Notes under the pieces: generated by a model
Told to the model about the DNA's origin: nothing
The model's database searches: none
What the model saw: the letters and a program-made list of their open reading frames with translations, nothing else
Position numbers and translations under genes: made by a program
Part shown: positions 12,340-26,873 of the stretch, piece by piece
Layout of the letters: every line of letters starts with the position of its first letter
How positions within the stretch are numbered: the stretch's first letter is position 1
Assembly: GCF_009914755.1 (NCBI RefSeq)
Contig: NC_060927.1
Strand: one strand, 5' to 3'
DNA length: 64,000 nucleotides
Source of the DNA: the human T2T-CHM13v2.0 reference genome, Homo sapiens

Positions 12340-15286
12340 CCAGAAGATGTCACTGCTGGGAAAGTGGGGCAGGGAGGTCAGCAAATCCTCTCCCTAAAGA
12401 AGAACAATACAAGTGAAAAAGCTCATCCAAAACAACCATCTCAGGACTCTGGGAATTTATCAAAAGCAAATAAAACACTGGGGGAATATTAGGAACAATT
12501 TTATGCCAATAAATTAAACAATTTTGATGAAATGGAAAAAAGTCGAAGAAAAAAAACCCCAAATAATTAAAACTGACTCAAAAAGAAATAGAAAATCAGA
12601 ATAGACTTCAATAAGCAGACAAATGGAATTACTAATCATTAAAAATATTCCCACAAAGAAAAACTCAGGCCCAGATGACTTCACTGGTGAATTTTGCTAC
12701 ATACTTAAAGAAGAAGTAATGCAAATCTTTTACAAACTCTTTCAGGAAATAGAGGAGGAAGAAATACTTGTTGGTTTTTTCTGTGTGGTCAGTACTATTC
12801 TGATATCTAAGTCAAACAAAGGCATCACAAGAAAACTACAGAACAGTGTCTCTCATGAACATGAATTCAAATTTTCTCAGTGAAATATTGACAAATCATA
12901 CCCAGCAGCATAGGAAAAGTATTATACAACATGACCAAGTTGGATTCAGCCTAGAAACCAAATACTGGGTTAACATCCGATAATCAATGTAATACACCAT
13001 CTTCTTAGATTGAACAAAATTAGACCAAAATCACAGTCATCTCAATTGCCATAGAAAAAGGATGCGAAGAAATTCAAGACCTACTCAAACTAATAGAGAA
13101 ACTTCTTCAACCTCACAAAGAGCATTAACAAAAAATGTACAGCTAATATCATGCTTAATGGTAGAAGATGGAAATCTCTCTCCATAAGATGGAGACAAGG
13201 TAAGGATACTCATTCTCCATACTTCTATTCAACACTAAACTAGTGATCCTAGACATTGAAATAAAACAAACAAAAAGATATTAAAGACATTTGGATTGGA
13301 AAGGAAGAAGTAAAACTATCTTTATGCATAGAGAACGTGAACCTGGATGTAGAAAATTCTAGATTCAACAAAATTATCTTAGAATGAATAAACAAGTTCA
13401 GCAAGATTGCAGTTACAAGATCAATGTTAAAAAGCAGTTATATTAATATTTTTATATTAGAAATGAACAATCTGAAAGTGAAATTTTAAAACTGACATTC
13501 AAAATAGCATCAAAAATGATAAATACCTGGGAATAAATTTAACAAAAGAAGTACGACTTGTATACTGAAAACTACAAAAACATAGCTCAGAAAAAAAATA
13601 AGAAAGATCTAATAAATGGAGAAATAGTCCTGGTTCACGGATTAAAAGCTTCAATATTATTATAATGGCAGTTCTCCACAAATTCATTGGCAGATTAAAC
13701 GTAATTCCTACCAAAATTCCGGTAGGCTTTTTTGCAGAAATTGACAACCTGATTTTGGAAATGCAAAGGATCCAGAATCTCCAGAACAATTTTGAAAAGG
13801 AATAACGAAGTCAAAGACTTAGGCTTTGTGATTTCAAAACTTGCTATAAATCGACAGTAATCAGCACAGTGAGGTACTGGTATAAAACAGGAGTAAAGAT
13901 CAACGGAACAGAAATAAGAGTCTACAAATAAACCCTTAAACTTTTATGATCAAGTGACTTTCAACAGAGATGCCAAGTTAATGTAATGAAGGGCAGTTGT
14001 TGCAACAAATAGTGCTAGTATAATATATCCACATGCAAAATGGTGAATTTAGACCCTTACCTCACAAAAGACACAAAGACTAAAAATGGATCATTAATTA
14101 ACTTATACGTAAAACATAAAACAATAAAACCTATAGACTAAAACACCGGAGAAAATCTTCATGACCTTGTGTTAGGCAATTAATTCTTAGATATGACATG
14201 AAAAGCATGACTCATAAAAACATTTATATAATGGAGTTAATCAAAATTTTAAACTTTTGTGCTTCAAAAGACATTAAGAGCATTAAGAATGTAAAAAGAT
14301 AAACAACAGACTTGGAGAAAAAAACGTACAAATCATATATCTATTAAGGACTTGAATGCAGAATATATAAATAACTCTTACAATTTAATAATAAGAGAAA
14401 ATCAACCCAATTTTTAAAATGGGAAAAATGTTTGAATAGGCATTTCATTAAAGAAGATATAAGGATGTTCAATAAGCACATGAAATGGTACTCAATCAAT
14501 ATAATTAGTCATTAGGGAAATGCAATTTAAAACCACAGTAAGCTGCCATTTCAGGCTTCCAAGAACAGATATACCATAATGATTTTAAGAAGACGATAAC
14601 AAGTATTAACAAATGTGAAGAAACTATAACCTTTATACATTTCTTGGTGGGGGTGGAAGAGTAAAATCATGCCACCACTTTAGGAAAACAGTTTGGCAGT
14701 TTCCTAAAACGTTAAATATAAACTTATCATATGACCTAGAAATTTCATTCCTGGGCATCATCTAAGGATATGAAAAATACATGTCTACATACAGACTTGT
14801 ACATGAATATTAATGGAAGTATTATTTATAGTAGCCCAAAAGTTAACCAAAATGTCCATCAACTGTAGTGAGTATATAAACAATATGGTATATCTATACA
14901 ATGGAATATTATTCAACAATAAAAAGGAATAAATTACTAATAAACAGTACAACATAAATGAATCTCAAAAACACTATGCTAAATAAAAGAAGTTAATCAC
15001 AGTAGACTACATATTGTATGATTCCATTGGCATGAAAATGTCCAGAAAGGGCAAACCTATAGAGAGAGAAAGCAAATCTGTCTCAGGTGGCTGCCTGGAA
15101 CTAGGGGTGAGAGCCCCCAACTTGACTACAAATAGGCACAAGGGATCTTTTGCATGTAATAGAAATGTTCTAAAATTGGATTTTGGTGACAGTTACAGAA
15201 CTCCGTAAATTTATGTAATTGAGATATGCACTTACAGTAGGTTAATTTTAAGGTATGTAAATACTTCAATGAAATTGCTTTAAAAA
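12340..15286 (+). mobile_element. Old L1 (L1MB/L1ME-like): short 5'-UTR piece, decayed 3' two-thirds of ORF2 and 3' UTR
   Basis: ORF2 remnant (KNIPTKKNSGPDDFTGEF); 3' UTR tatgattccatt...tccagaaagggcaaacctatagagagagaaagc; A-rich end; many stops and frameshifts. Confidence 0.9.
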
Positions 15287-16557
15287 ATAGATTCTGATTC
15301 TCCAACATCACTGATAGCATAGCAGAGTCTTGGGTACCATGGCAGCTGACAGTGGAAATGCTGGGCAGTCAGAGGGACCCGGTAGGCACTTAGGGTTCTG
15401 TCTTCATTTGCATTTCTCCCTGCCTCACATTCCACCCAAGCCGGGTTCCTTCCCAAAGAGGTAGGATGGTGGTGAAAATGTGGAGGACCCTATCCTAAGG
15501 GCAATGGGCAACCATCCAAGATTTTAAGCTTGAGGGTAACAAGATCCAAGTTGGGTTTCACGAAGACCCTCTAGTTGCTTGGTGAGGGATGAATCGAGGA
15601 GGGGGAACCTGGGGGCTAGGAGACCAAGTGGGTTACTCTGGCAATGGCCAACTTAGAGAAATGAGGAGCAGTAGGAGGCAGGAAACCCTGACTGGGAGGC
15701 CTCTCTTGTTTCTCTCATTGGCAAACCAAGAGGTGATAAGTTACAGGATGCAGCACCACTCACAGTGCTTGGCATGTGGCCAGCACACACTCCCTGTGCG
15801 TTTAATCATCAGTAGGTGTTACTCTAAGGTCCTTCATTGCTGTACTGTTTTCTAAGTCCCGATTCTAGACCTCAAGGAGCACTTTTTTAATGAGTCCTCC
15901 ATCTTATCCACCCGCTTCCCAGAAGTCACTTCCAAGGAGTGGACACAGTTATTTTTCGTGTGAAGCAGACAGTCATGGGTATCAGACACACTCACCCAGA
16001 GTTCCCTGGGAGGACCTTCTGGAGGGGACCCTGGAGGTCTGAATGGTGCTGGCCCTTCTCCTTGCCCTTAATGCCCTCAAGCTGGGGGCCTGGGGCTTGA
16101 TGGATTCTGTCCTAGGGTATCATTCCCTTCTAAGAACACGAGTTTGAGAAACCAACAATTACCACAGAAATTGCATGAAGTCCCTAGAATCTTACCTTCC
16201 TCTTTGCACACCATTTGGTCTCTGGTCTGATTCTCTGGTGACCACCTTGAAACTTGTATGTGTGAGGCCACTGCATGTTTGAAGTTCCATTCAGATGCAG
16301 CAGTGAGGAGCAAGGGTACCTATGTCCAGGGCGCCAGGAGCAGGAGCTAAGGGTGGGGTAGGGAGTGAGCAGCTTACAATAGCAGTTGGAGAAAAAAGAG
16401 CAAGAGAGTCTAGTCCCTGGGGTCTGGGAAGGGGCTTGGATAATGAGGCAGGGGGAGGGCCAGTATAGAAGCAGAGGCCCATCTTGGGAAGATTCTTAAT
16501 TCAAATTTCACATCATCGCTTACCTTTGAGGAAAATGTGTATTACAGCCACAGGGAA

Positions 16558-16960
16558 ATTTATTCATTCATTCATTCATTCAGGAAATATTGATTGAGTG
16601 CCCACTGTTGTCCAGTCCTTACAGTGGGCATTGGGCACACATTAGAATCACAGTGGTGAATGAGAGAGACAGGTTCCTGTTCTTACAGAATGTAATGGTC
16701 CAAAGCTGGGAGGCAGATAGAAAACTAGTAGTTTTAACATGGTGCAATGCTGGGGGAGCCCAGGTGCTGAGGGATAACTGGAAGATCTTAATCCAACATG
16801 AAGATGCCTAGGGGCTGCCCCCTGAAGCAGGTGATGTGCCAGCAGAGACCTGAACAATGAGTGTGAGTTAGCAGGAAAACAGGGAAGAAAAGGGAGCATC
16901 CCAAACGGAGAACCAACCCTCAGCAAGGACTAGGCTAGGGAGAGCAAGGAAATTGCTGCC
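16558..16960 (-). mobile_element. L2 3' fragment
   Basis: (TTCA)n tail followed by aaatattgattgagtgcccact. Confidence 0.75.
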
Positions 16961-17289
16961 GGACTAATATTTCATGGAAGGAACTAACAAACTCATGTAC
17001 AAATGCATGAATAAATGCTGCCTCCTAAAATAGGTGGAAGCCACAGAGTGTTTGGTGTTGATACAGAGGTGGAGATGCTTGAGTTGCTGAGCCAGGGCAG
17101 CTTTGAGCCAAGCAGAGGTGGCGTGCTAGGAGAAGATATTCCCATTTCAAAGGGATTTTTCAAGGAGACCCACTACAGGGCCCAAAGCAAAGAATTCTTA
17201 GTATCTTCAAAATGCAATGTGACTTACGCAGAGTTTTCAAAATCAATCAACAAACAAATGGTCTTATTTGCACAGCCCTGTACCATTGA

Positions 17290-17470
17290 ATAGTCCTTCC
17301 ACAGGTTTCCTCCCATGTCCTTCCCACAGCCCAGGGAGGACAGCAAGGCTATTGTGATCATCGGGGAAACTAAGGCCCAGAGAGGTGAGGGGACTTAAGG
17401 CCACACAGATGGTAAATGGTGGTGCCAGAACCAGGACTTCAAAATCTGACCCCTGGGGTTAAGCTTCCTC
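17290..17470 (-). mobile_element. MIR
   Basis: ggggaaactaaggcccagagaggtgagggacttaaggccacacag. Confidence 0.7.
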
Positions 17471-18979
17471 CCACCATTTCTTCATTTGCTCACTCAGTAC
17501 TCACCGAGGCCTACACATGTCAATCTGTATTTGGGGTTGGTGCTTTGGAGATAGATGGGGCAGAGGGAGCTGCACATTTGAAACAAAAACATTTTCCTTT
17601 GCTTATGATTCACAAAGCTGCTGGGAAACATCTAGAGAGAAATCGAGGAACAACCCCACACCCTGAGCTTGCATAGAGGGCCTCCCAAGGAGCTTGTATT
17701 CTTCCTCCTGGGGGACCACGCTCCAGGGCGTCTCCTCACTGGCATTCTTAGAAAGGGGGCTGGCACTTGCTGGGCCAGAAACCCTCTCCACGCACAGCTG
17801 CTTACCTACTAGCTGGCCAAGGACAAGCTGACACAGGAGGGGAACAAGCCACAGTGCCCTTGCCATGACAGTCAGCCGTGTTCATCTGCTGCGTGTCAGA
17901 GAGGCACACGTGCACACTTTCCCTGATCGTACTGATCCCTGGGATGGATGGACAGTGTCCTTATCACCCCTCACCTCCCCTCCCCTCCCAGAAACTGCTG
18001 GCTAGGATTCGTGCTGGAGAAACCTTGCTGTGTAAATGGAGACACTGTCTGGGGGTAGGGAGAAGGTGACACTCAGAGTATGGGCAGCAGCCCCAGCCTA
18101 GAGCAATCAGTCTGATTATTTGTCTCTCCTGGAACCAGTCATGAGACAGGAGACAGGATCTCTTCTGCCTTGAGAGAGCATTTAAGAAAGCAGGCATGAA
18201 ATATTTAGAAAGAAAAATATGTCAGTCTAAACCAAGACACTAAAATGCATGGCAGCAGGCCAAACCCCCAGGCTGATTTCAGACAGAGGTGCCTGAGGAG
18301 GACCCGCTTGTATAGGGCCCTTGCATTGTCATTAGCTCATGCTTGTCTTCCCTCTCTCTTCTACCCCAGCAAGTTGCTGCCTTTCCTGGGCCTTCACCTC
18401 ACTTCATTTGCTCTGCAATTCCCTCCACTCTCTGCACCAGCTCAGACACTGCCTCTTCCAAGCAAGTGCCCACAAAACCCTTCAACTGAGAGTGATTGTT
18501 TATGTCTCTCTCAAAACTCCAGCCAAGGTTGTTCCTATTTGAAATTTGTCCTTGTACTCAGGACCTTTCTTATATATTTGGATTTTTCCCTTGTAGCGTC
18601 AGGGACCAGCTGGCAACTAGGAAATGTTGAAGAGCCGATGTCCTGGGCGTTGTGAATGACAAGGCTGCTCTTATCAGCCAACCCAGGGTAGAACTAGCAC
18701 CAAGCAGGGGCTCGGCAGCATCTGCAGGAAGGCAGGCCAAGCCAAACTCAGGTGGACTTAGAAGGTGGGCTTGGTATGGTGGTTAGTGTGGGCATGGTGA
18801 TTAAGCACTTGGTGCTGGGCCCACCACCAGATTCCAGCCCTCCCACGCTATGCTGGATGATCCACAGGTACACTGAAGGGGTGCTTTAGACACCAGAAGA
18901 ATAGGAGGACACATAAAAAGGAGAAGAATTCAGCTACAGGGAAATGTATTTGGAACTTTACAATTATGGAACTTAGACG

Positions 18980-19015
18980 CTACACTTGATCTTAGCCAAA
19001 AGACCGAGAAGCAAT
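18980..19015 (-). pseudogene. U2 snRNA pseudogene fragment (U2 nt 1-36)
   Basis: Reverse complement ATTGCTTCTCGGTCTTTTGGCTAAGATCAAGTGTAG matches U2 5' end ATCGCTTCTCGGCCTTTTGGCTAAGATCAAGTGTAG at 34/36. Confidence 0.93.
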
Positions 19016-19469
<454 letters not shown>

Positions 19470-19539
19470 TTAATACACGAGGTCCCTAATGTTCTTATTC
19501 CAGCCTTAGCTGTACCTCTTATTAAATTTGTAGCATTGG

Positions 19540-19690
19540 GTATAGTTGGGAACCTCTCTGAGCCTCAACTTCTTCATTTGTAAACCATAATGGTAGTAGT
19601 TACCACATAGGGATGTTTGATTAAATTAGGGAAGCCCAGTTTCAGTTCTCAGCTTGAGGCCTGGAGCAAAGTGAGTGCTTGGTTAACACA
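19540..19690 (+). mobile_element. MIR
   Basis: aacctctctgagcctcaacttcttcatttgtaaa. Confidence 0.65.
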
Positions 19691-19989
19691 GTTGTCACTG
19701 TAGCTGTCCTGGCCCAGGAGGAAGCAGGAGTGGTCATGTTACATCACTGGGAAGAAGGAGGGAAACAAACTTGTCTTCCAGACCCTAAAATCTAAATCAG
19801 GGAGAATACTGGAAACTCCTAGGTGATGATTTTTTTATTTATTCCAGTGCATCTTTACTGAGCACCTAAAATGAGCCAATCACTGTGCACAGGGAGTGCA
19901 GAGCAGGGATGCCTAAGTTAGCCTGAGGATGGCCATGGTCAAGAAGCCTCCCAGATGAGGTGGCCCGGCTGTATTTTAAAGGACTAGTG

Positions 19990-20433
19990 GCAAGTTTTAT
20001 GAATCTGTGTGCCCCCCAGAGCACTCCACGTGCTTTCCTGCATTGCTTGTGCCCTAAGCAGTTAGCACCATCAACAAGCTCTCTCCCTCTGGCTTCCAGT
20101 TGCTTAAGCCAGTGGAACCAAGCAAGAGCTCAGAGGAAGAAAAGGGAGTGATGCCAGGTTGTTCATTGCCCTGGGACCTTCCTGCCTAGCCATTACAGGC
20201 TGGATGCGCCCTTAACCAAGAGCTGGAAGTCCTGTTAAATGGCCCCATCATCACAGCCTCTGGCTTCGGGTCTCTGAAACCACTTTCTCATCCCCCACTC
20301 CAGGCCAAGGGGTGGTATCTATGTCCCTGGTTCCTGCCCGATCCCCTGTGGTTTCTCTACACTCAAACCTCACCATCATGAATAGGCCACTTAGGCATCC
20401 TTCCTGCTTCCTCCTAGGACTCTGACTAGCACA
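19990..20433 (+). mobile_element. Old ERVL-type solo LTR (LTR33-like)
   Basis: 3' end ...cttcctcctaggactctgactagcaca resembles LTR33-family termini; start uncertain. Confidence 0.45.
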
Positions 20434-21903
20434 GGTAGGGAATTACACAAAGACAGAGGTAAAGAAGAGCCCACCACCTGTGCAAAGACTGGTCAGGACT
20501 TGAACCCTGAAAGGCCCTCTGCATGGGAGGCTGGTGGACGTTCAGGCTGGAGAAGTAGGCAAGGACTCTGTGACTTTTTGTGTGAAACCCTTTCCTTCCA
20601 GAGCACCCACAGCATACTATTCATTTTATGTGAACATTTTAGAAACATTTATATAGCATTATCATTCACGGATTTTCTTACGGTGTTCTGGGTAACCTTT
20701 AAAATGAAAGCATCTGGCAAGCAGTTAGAAAGGCAAGCAAAGCCTTCCTGCACTCTCCTGGTTAGCTTGCCTCCCTCACAGTGCATAATTTAGGCATTTT
20801 AACTGACTGTTTTCTGGGACAGTGTGAGCTCTTTTAGGATGAGACTTGCCAGCTTTTTCTGGGTCACAGTGCCCACCTCAAGTAGAGGTTCAGTAGCTTG
20901 TTTTTAAATAAATAAATGAGTCTCTGGCTAGATTGTTGCTGTTCTGTTACCCAGCAACATCTAAGACCGATTGTTTAAATGAGGAAGAATAATTAGTAAA
21001 TTCATCAATTGGATTCTAGACACTTCAATTGTTATACCTTACAATTTAGTTGTCTTGTGTAAAATTCATCAGCAGTCATTATAAGTCAACAATAAGAAAA
21101 TAAGAGATAGTTTTATGTCATAGGTTTTTATGAACTTCATACTTGCATTTCATTGCAGGCAACAGAGGGAGGCCAGCCAGAGAGCTTTCCTGCCCCTAAC
21201 ATCACAAATTAAACCTGGGATCAGCATAAACTTACTGTGATGATTTATCACAGAAGGTCTTGCATGGATGGATCCCTGCTTGGGCAATGCATTTGCTATC
21301 CTCTGGACACAAACAAAATCTGATCAGTTGAGATGTCTGATAATAATTTGTTAAAAAAAAATGAAGATATGCCAACATGGTCCTTTCAACTTCTGCTTGG
21401 CCGCATGAGTTGGAGCTAAATATTAGCCGAGCCACTTTGGACCAAACATGCTGCTCCTGTGGCCACAGCACACCCCTCCTCCACCCCCAGCTTGTTGCCC
21501 TTCACTCAGACCTGCCTCACTCATTTCTTACCTAGCCTTGTATTACTCACCAGGAATTAAAACCTCTAATTGCAGACTGTGGAGAATCATATCTATAGAT
21601 GGACACACATGGCCCCACTATGGGTAGCACCACCCAAAGCAGCCAGTAGGCTCCCTGTAAGTTGTTTCTGGGGATCATTTTATGTTATAGATGTGTACTG
21701 TATATCAAAATAGAAAAGTACACATTTACAATGGAGACTAATTAGGATTCTTTCCATTGGGTTGTGGGTTGGGAGGTCATGTCTTTAGTCAGAATTGCCC
21801 CTTCAGGGCAAGTTAACTTTCACAGAAAAACACTCCATTAGTCATGAGTGACAGGTGAGAGGACGTGTGAACAGGTTGTCTGACAGGGACTGGGTGGTCC
21901 AGA

Positions 21904-22065
21904 GCAGGGCCTCTCAACCCTGGCCCTGGGTTAGGATGCACAGCCTGGGCCTTCCCTAGAGTCTGCTTCAATTACTCACCATTGAGGCCTGCTATCAGCA
22001 TATGTCAAAGCACCCCCCATGCCCACGCCTTGATTCTCATGTCAGTCAAGGTGCAGAATCGCTGG
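21904..22065. mobile_element. MER5-like hAT MITE
   Basis: cagggcctctcaaccctggc...gattctcatgtcagtcaaggtgcagaatcgctg. Confidence 0.55.
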
Positions 22066-24583
22066 TCCCAAGGAAGTCAGTCTTGTTAAGGTCAATAGTC
22101 ATGGGATTGAAGTACAGTCCAGGATGGAAAGCTTGGGGTCTCTGCCTGTACCACCAGACCAGAGACCTAAGGTGGCTTTGTGTTGTTCACCCTGGATTTT
22201 TCACGCAACACAGTGTCTGGCATATGGTAGGTGCTCAGTATATATGTAGGAGAGGGAGGGAGGGAGAGAAGAAGGGAGGGAATTGTCATGGAAAGCTTAT
22301 GACCTGGTTAATAATGATCTGGCAGTTCTAGAATATGGTTGTTGTATCAGGTTTCAAGAAGAAGGAGATGACCCCAGCACAACTCCACTGGTCTGAGAGA
22401 ACTTTATTTACTCGGCATGCCCTCACCCTAGGCAGTCTGGATTAGAGCTTAAGTGGGAAATACACACAGCTGAAAAAAGAGAACCATTGGGCCTGCAGAA
22501 GAACAAATATACATTTCAAGGATGAGTTGCCTTCTGGGAGCTGAATAGCTTTTTCTGATGTGAAGCTCCCAGCAGCTGGGGGCATGCTGGATGCATAAGT
22601 ACACTTTATTTCTTCCATCATAATCTAAGCACACACATGCCCCACCCTAGCACTGGCCCCACCCACCCCTAACCTGGACAAGCCAAACACATGACACATA
22701 CCTCCAACAACTTGGCTGCGAGGGCATGGTGGCTCCAGACATCAAACACCCTTCTGAAGGTCTGTGATTTCTGCAGAGTTTGAGCCTCATAAAAATTTAA
22801 ACACCTGCTAAGTGAAAACAACACCTTTTGCTGTCTTTCTGGCAAACACCTTCTGCAGAAATTTTCTCACTTCCAGAGGCAATGTATTTCACAGGCAATT
22901 CCCCTGGTACTGAAGCTGCTAACAGATAAAGGGAGCCAGGTGAGGCATGCCTTCCAGGAGTCCCAGCAGGTACCTCTGGAGACAGGGATCTGAGAGGCCT
23001 TTGGAAGTGAGGGGTTCAGGGCTGCATTTAGGCTGGCCTTTGAAGATAAGGGGTAGAGGCTGGAGCTGGAAGGCATGGACCTGCAAGTTCATTGGAAAAA
23101 AATCTGCAGAAGATGGGAAAACCTATTCACTGGAACACAGGCATTTGGGGGTGGGCAGGGGTGGGAAACAAGGAGCTGTCATAACCAAGGACTGACCATG
23201 TTGTTACAGTAGCCCTCAGAGACTAATGCACACCCAACCCTGACCTTCCTCAGGGCTGGCTGGTGGCTGCCCCTGGAACCTTCCTGTAAATCAGCCCCTG
23301 AGGCCCTGCCCTCCAGTTGGCCACCTGTGCCTGGGCATGTTGGGTCTCAGTCCACACTCAGACCAGAGCCTCAATATCCATTGTCCCATGGAATCCTTCC
23401 TCACAGAAAGACAGAGACGGAAATTAGATCCTTACTTTCAGCTGAGAGACTGCAAGTCAGGGAGATTATAGGACTAGCCAAGGACCACACAAGCATTAAT
23501 TTCTTGGCATCTCTACCAAACCAGTTATGGTCCAATAGCAGGCAGCACATGTTCAGAAAATATGTGGTCTGGAAGCTTCACATTAAACTGTGGCACTTCT
23601 GATAAGTGGGCATGCTGTCTGAAACTAGCCCTAACCCCAGGGACATACCTACATTTCCCTTCCCAGGCAGAGTTGTTGTAATACATTGATGTTTCATGAT
23701 GGGCTGTGGGAGGCCAGAGAGACCAAGCCAGTAACGACTGCGTGGCAACTGGGTTTGTAACTGGGGATCTGGGTGGAGCAGGGATAACTTCAAGGACCTA
23801 AGATGAAAGTGGAGGACCTTGGGTGGGGATATCCCAAACCTGAAAGATCCTAGAGCTGGGAGGGAGGAACAGGAGCTTAGTCTACTGTTGCCCTGCCTGG
23901 AATCCCACACTTGAACACTCATGTCTTTCTCCCCGGCCACCGTGCTCCTCGTAGTATCCGGGATGAAATTCTCACTCCTCAGTCTGCTTCCTCAGAGCAT
24001 CTTGAGATGGCCTCCTGATCCCCGTTGCTGGTCTCATCTATAGATGCTTGTCTGAAGTTACCCTTCTCTTTAATTGTGCTGAGCTGTCTGCAGTTCTCCC
24101 AAGCATAGCATGCTGTGCTCCCTGGCCTTTGCTCATGTTGTTTATTTTGCTAGAGCATCTTTTCCCACCTTCCTGGTTAGGTATTTCCTCTTTCTGGATG
24201 CCATCCCTGAATGCAGATGATGACTTGGGATGAGCAAAGTATCCCTTCTCTATTTCCAAAGCACTTTATTTGCTGACAGTAACATTAGGCGATGTGGTGT
24301 TGCCAGCTGTGATGCACTAAAATTCCCCTGAATCCTTGAGATTCTGGTCTCAAGGCAAGTAATGGTGAGGTGAGTCTGAAGACAACCCTCAGAACACAGG
24401 CAACTCCATTAACATGGAGCTGGCAAAATGGTGAGATGGCCATTTGACCATCTATCTTAAGCATACCCTGTGAAGCACTAGTCCCATGTAATGCTCTATA
24501 AAAGTGCAGCTCCAAGAATGCATAGTAATGGGAACACTGGTTCTCTTGGAAATTCACAGTGCAAATGAGTATACTAAAGGTTC

Positions 24584-24872
24584 TGGCTCACACCTGTAAT
24601 GTCAGCTCTTCAGGAGGCCAAGGTGGGAGGATGGTTTGAGGGCAGGAACTGGATGACATAGAGAAACCCCTTCTCTACAAAACATTTTTAAAAATTAGCC
24701 AGGCATAATGGCATGTGCCTGTAGTCCTAGCTACTCAGCAGACTGAAGCAGGAGAAATCAGTTGAGCCTGGGAATTAGAGACTGCAGTGAGCTGTGATTG
24801 AGCCATTGCACCATCCTGGGGGACAGATTGAGACCCTGCCTCTAAAGTTAATAAATAAATAATTTTTAAAAA
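24584..24872 (+). mobile_element. AluJ, diverged, inserted in a probable hAT relic
   Basis: ggaggatggtttgag and gactgcagtgagctgtgatt AluJ hallmarks; degenerate TSD ctaaaggttct/ctaaaaaggctct. Confidence 0.9.
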
Positions 24873-25689
24873 GCTAAAAAGGCTCTGAAAAGTCTTGCAG
24901 TTAAGAAACCTGTTTTTAACTCGGTATTTTCCAAAGATATGTAGCTATGAAAAGAACTGTGACTGTGTATAACATTAAGAAAAAGCAGCCATGCCCTGGC
25001 AAATTCTGTCACAATTCTATTCCAACACTGACAATAGGAGAGATCATCACATGAAAACCCTGAGGACTGTTGTTCTTATTCTTAGGAGAAGCTGAGATCA
25101 GCCATTAGAGAAAGATGGCCTCTTCCCCCTACTGCTCCTTGAGTAACCACCAAGCATAAAACATGCCCAGTGTTAACAACTACATTTTCAACTGGAAAAT
25201 GATCAGATTTCTGCCTTGCTGCACTCTCACAAAAGGTGCATTCTGAGTGCTGCTCTGTGATGTGCTGTCTATTATATTGAGCAGGAAAATCAGAGACCAA
25301 AAGCCCAGAACAAATCTTTCTGTCCTCCCTTGATTCAGGCTGTGGGGCTGCCCATCCAGAGTGCAGAGACCGTCTTTAAGAGAAAGAGCTCTCTAAGTGC
25401 AAAAGGGCACTGACAATCAGTACTATTAGCTTAGGAGAGAGAGAGCTCTATTTTAGGGCAAAGGAACAATCACTCTAACCTACATACACCATCATGTGTG
25501 AGGCTCTGACTGTTGGTAAGTCAGGAAATGCAATTGTCTCTTTGGAGAGCAAAGTGAAGCCTATCTTCCCAATCATCAGGAGGGGACAGGGTCAAAGCAA
25601 GGAGACAGGGAGTTCTCCACCAGCACTGGAGTGCTAAAATGGGCCATTAACACCTGCCAGGACTTTCTGATAGACTGGACATCTTGAGT

Positions 25690-26190
25690 GCTCTCTGCAC
25701 TCTTCCCTTCCTGAACATTCAGGCTCTAGACCTTCTCTCCATCTTCTCTGCAGGCTCCAGTTGCAGGCCCTTGTCACTGAGCCTGGATGGCTTCCATCAC
25801 CTCCTGACAGTCTTCCTGTCCCATGTTGTTTGTTCTTTGTTTCCCTGCAGAAAGGACCTCCTACAGCATGGCATCCTTCCTACACTTTCAATGGCTGCCC
25901 CTGACTTCAGCATATTCCACAAACTCCTTCCCACTGGTGTTGACATCACAGACCTTTATGATCTGGTCCTGATTTACTGTTTAATTCTGTGACCTTAAAT
26001 TCTATGACAGAAGCCAGGTTGATCAGTTATCTGTTCTATGTCTCTGCTTAGGCCTTCTTCCCATCTCCTTCTCCTTTTTTTCTTCTTCCTTCTCCTCCTC
26101 CTCTTTCTTTTCCTCCTCCTCTCAGTCTGTCTAAACACTGTCGTCCTTTATAACCCAACTCAAGTTCCACATCCTGCCTGGTGTGTCCTC
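25690..26190 (+). mobile_element. L2 fragment(s) with a CT-rich tract at ~26055-26123
   Basis: Pyrimidine-rich L2 3' region (cctcctgacagtcttcctg...aactccttccc...atgatctggtcctg). Confidence 0.5.
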
Positions 26191-26244
26191 ACAGAGTGAT
26201 CTTATGTCTGTTTACTATTTCATTAATCTCTATTCTTTGGGTAT

Positions 26245-26510
26245 GTTTATTGAAAACACTAATAAAATTGTTAAACCTCTACTGAAGTTACAAAGAGAAT
26301 AATAAATTTCCTTTATAATTTTAACAGGAATGAAAAAAGAAGACCCCAGATATTAAATAATATGGTATTACAAATAACTTAGGACAATAAATTTGAAATT
26401 TTAATTTTTAAGACCAAATTTTAAAAATAGAGCTATCAAATTAATGCAAGAAGAAATAGAAAACCTAAATGATCCTGTAGCTCTTAAATAAATGAAATCA
26501 GCAATTTTGT
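26245..26510 (+). mobile_element. Old L1 (L1ME-like) ORF2 fragment
   Basis: caagaagaaatagaaaacctaaatgatcct (QEEIENLN motif). Confidence 0.7.
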
Positions 26511-26873
26511 TAAGTAGATACCTGTTCTTTCCGAGCCTACTGAGAGCTTCCTGATAGCTTTCACGTTAGTCTTACATAAATAATATATATCTCAATTTTG
26601 CCTGATTGCTGTTATCAGCAGACCCTTTTTAGCACCGTGGTAAGGTTTGAGAGAAGGAAGTTGGTCACAGACAACTTTATCACTCCAATTATTCCCTGTG
26701 ACTACACCAGCCCAGCTTAAAGCCTTTGCATTTTGCAGAATTTAAGACTCACAAGTTTCTTGGCCTTCTCCCTTCCTTTGCTCACCTAGGAGCCAATGTG
26801 GTAGCTCTGAGTCTTGATGCCTGGACTCTATAATGATATGTATGGATGGACAATGCTCTTTGTTGCTCACAAA

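Noticed and set aside
12623-12883. Reverse transcriptase-like ORF suggesting an active element
   Set aside because: Short remnant of L1 ORF2 amid stops and frameshifts; likewise 63227-63625.
18980-19015. Functional U2 snRNA gene
   Set aside because: Only 36 of ~187 nt, no Sm site, and no snRNA promoter since the upstream sequence is the Alu.
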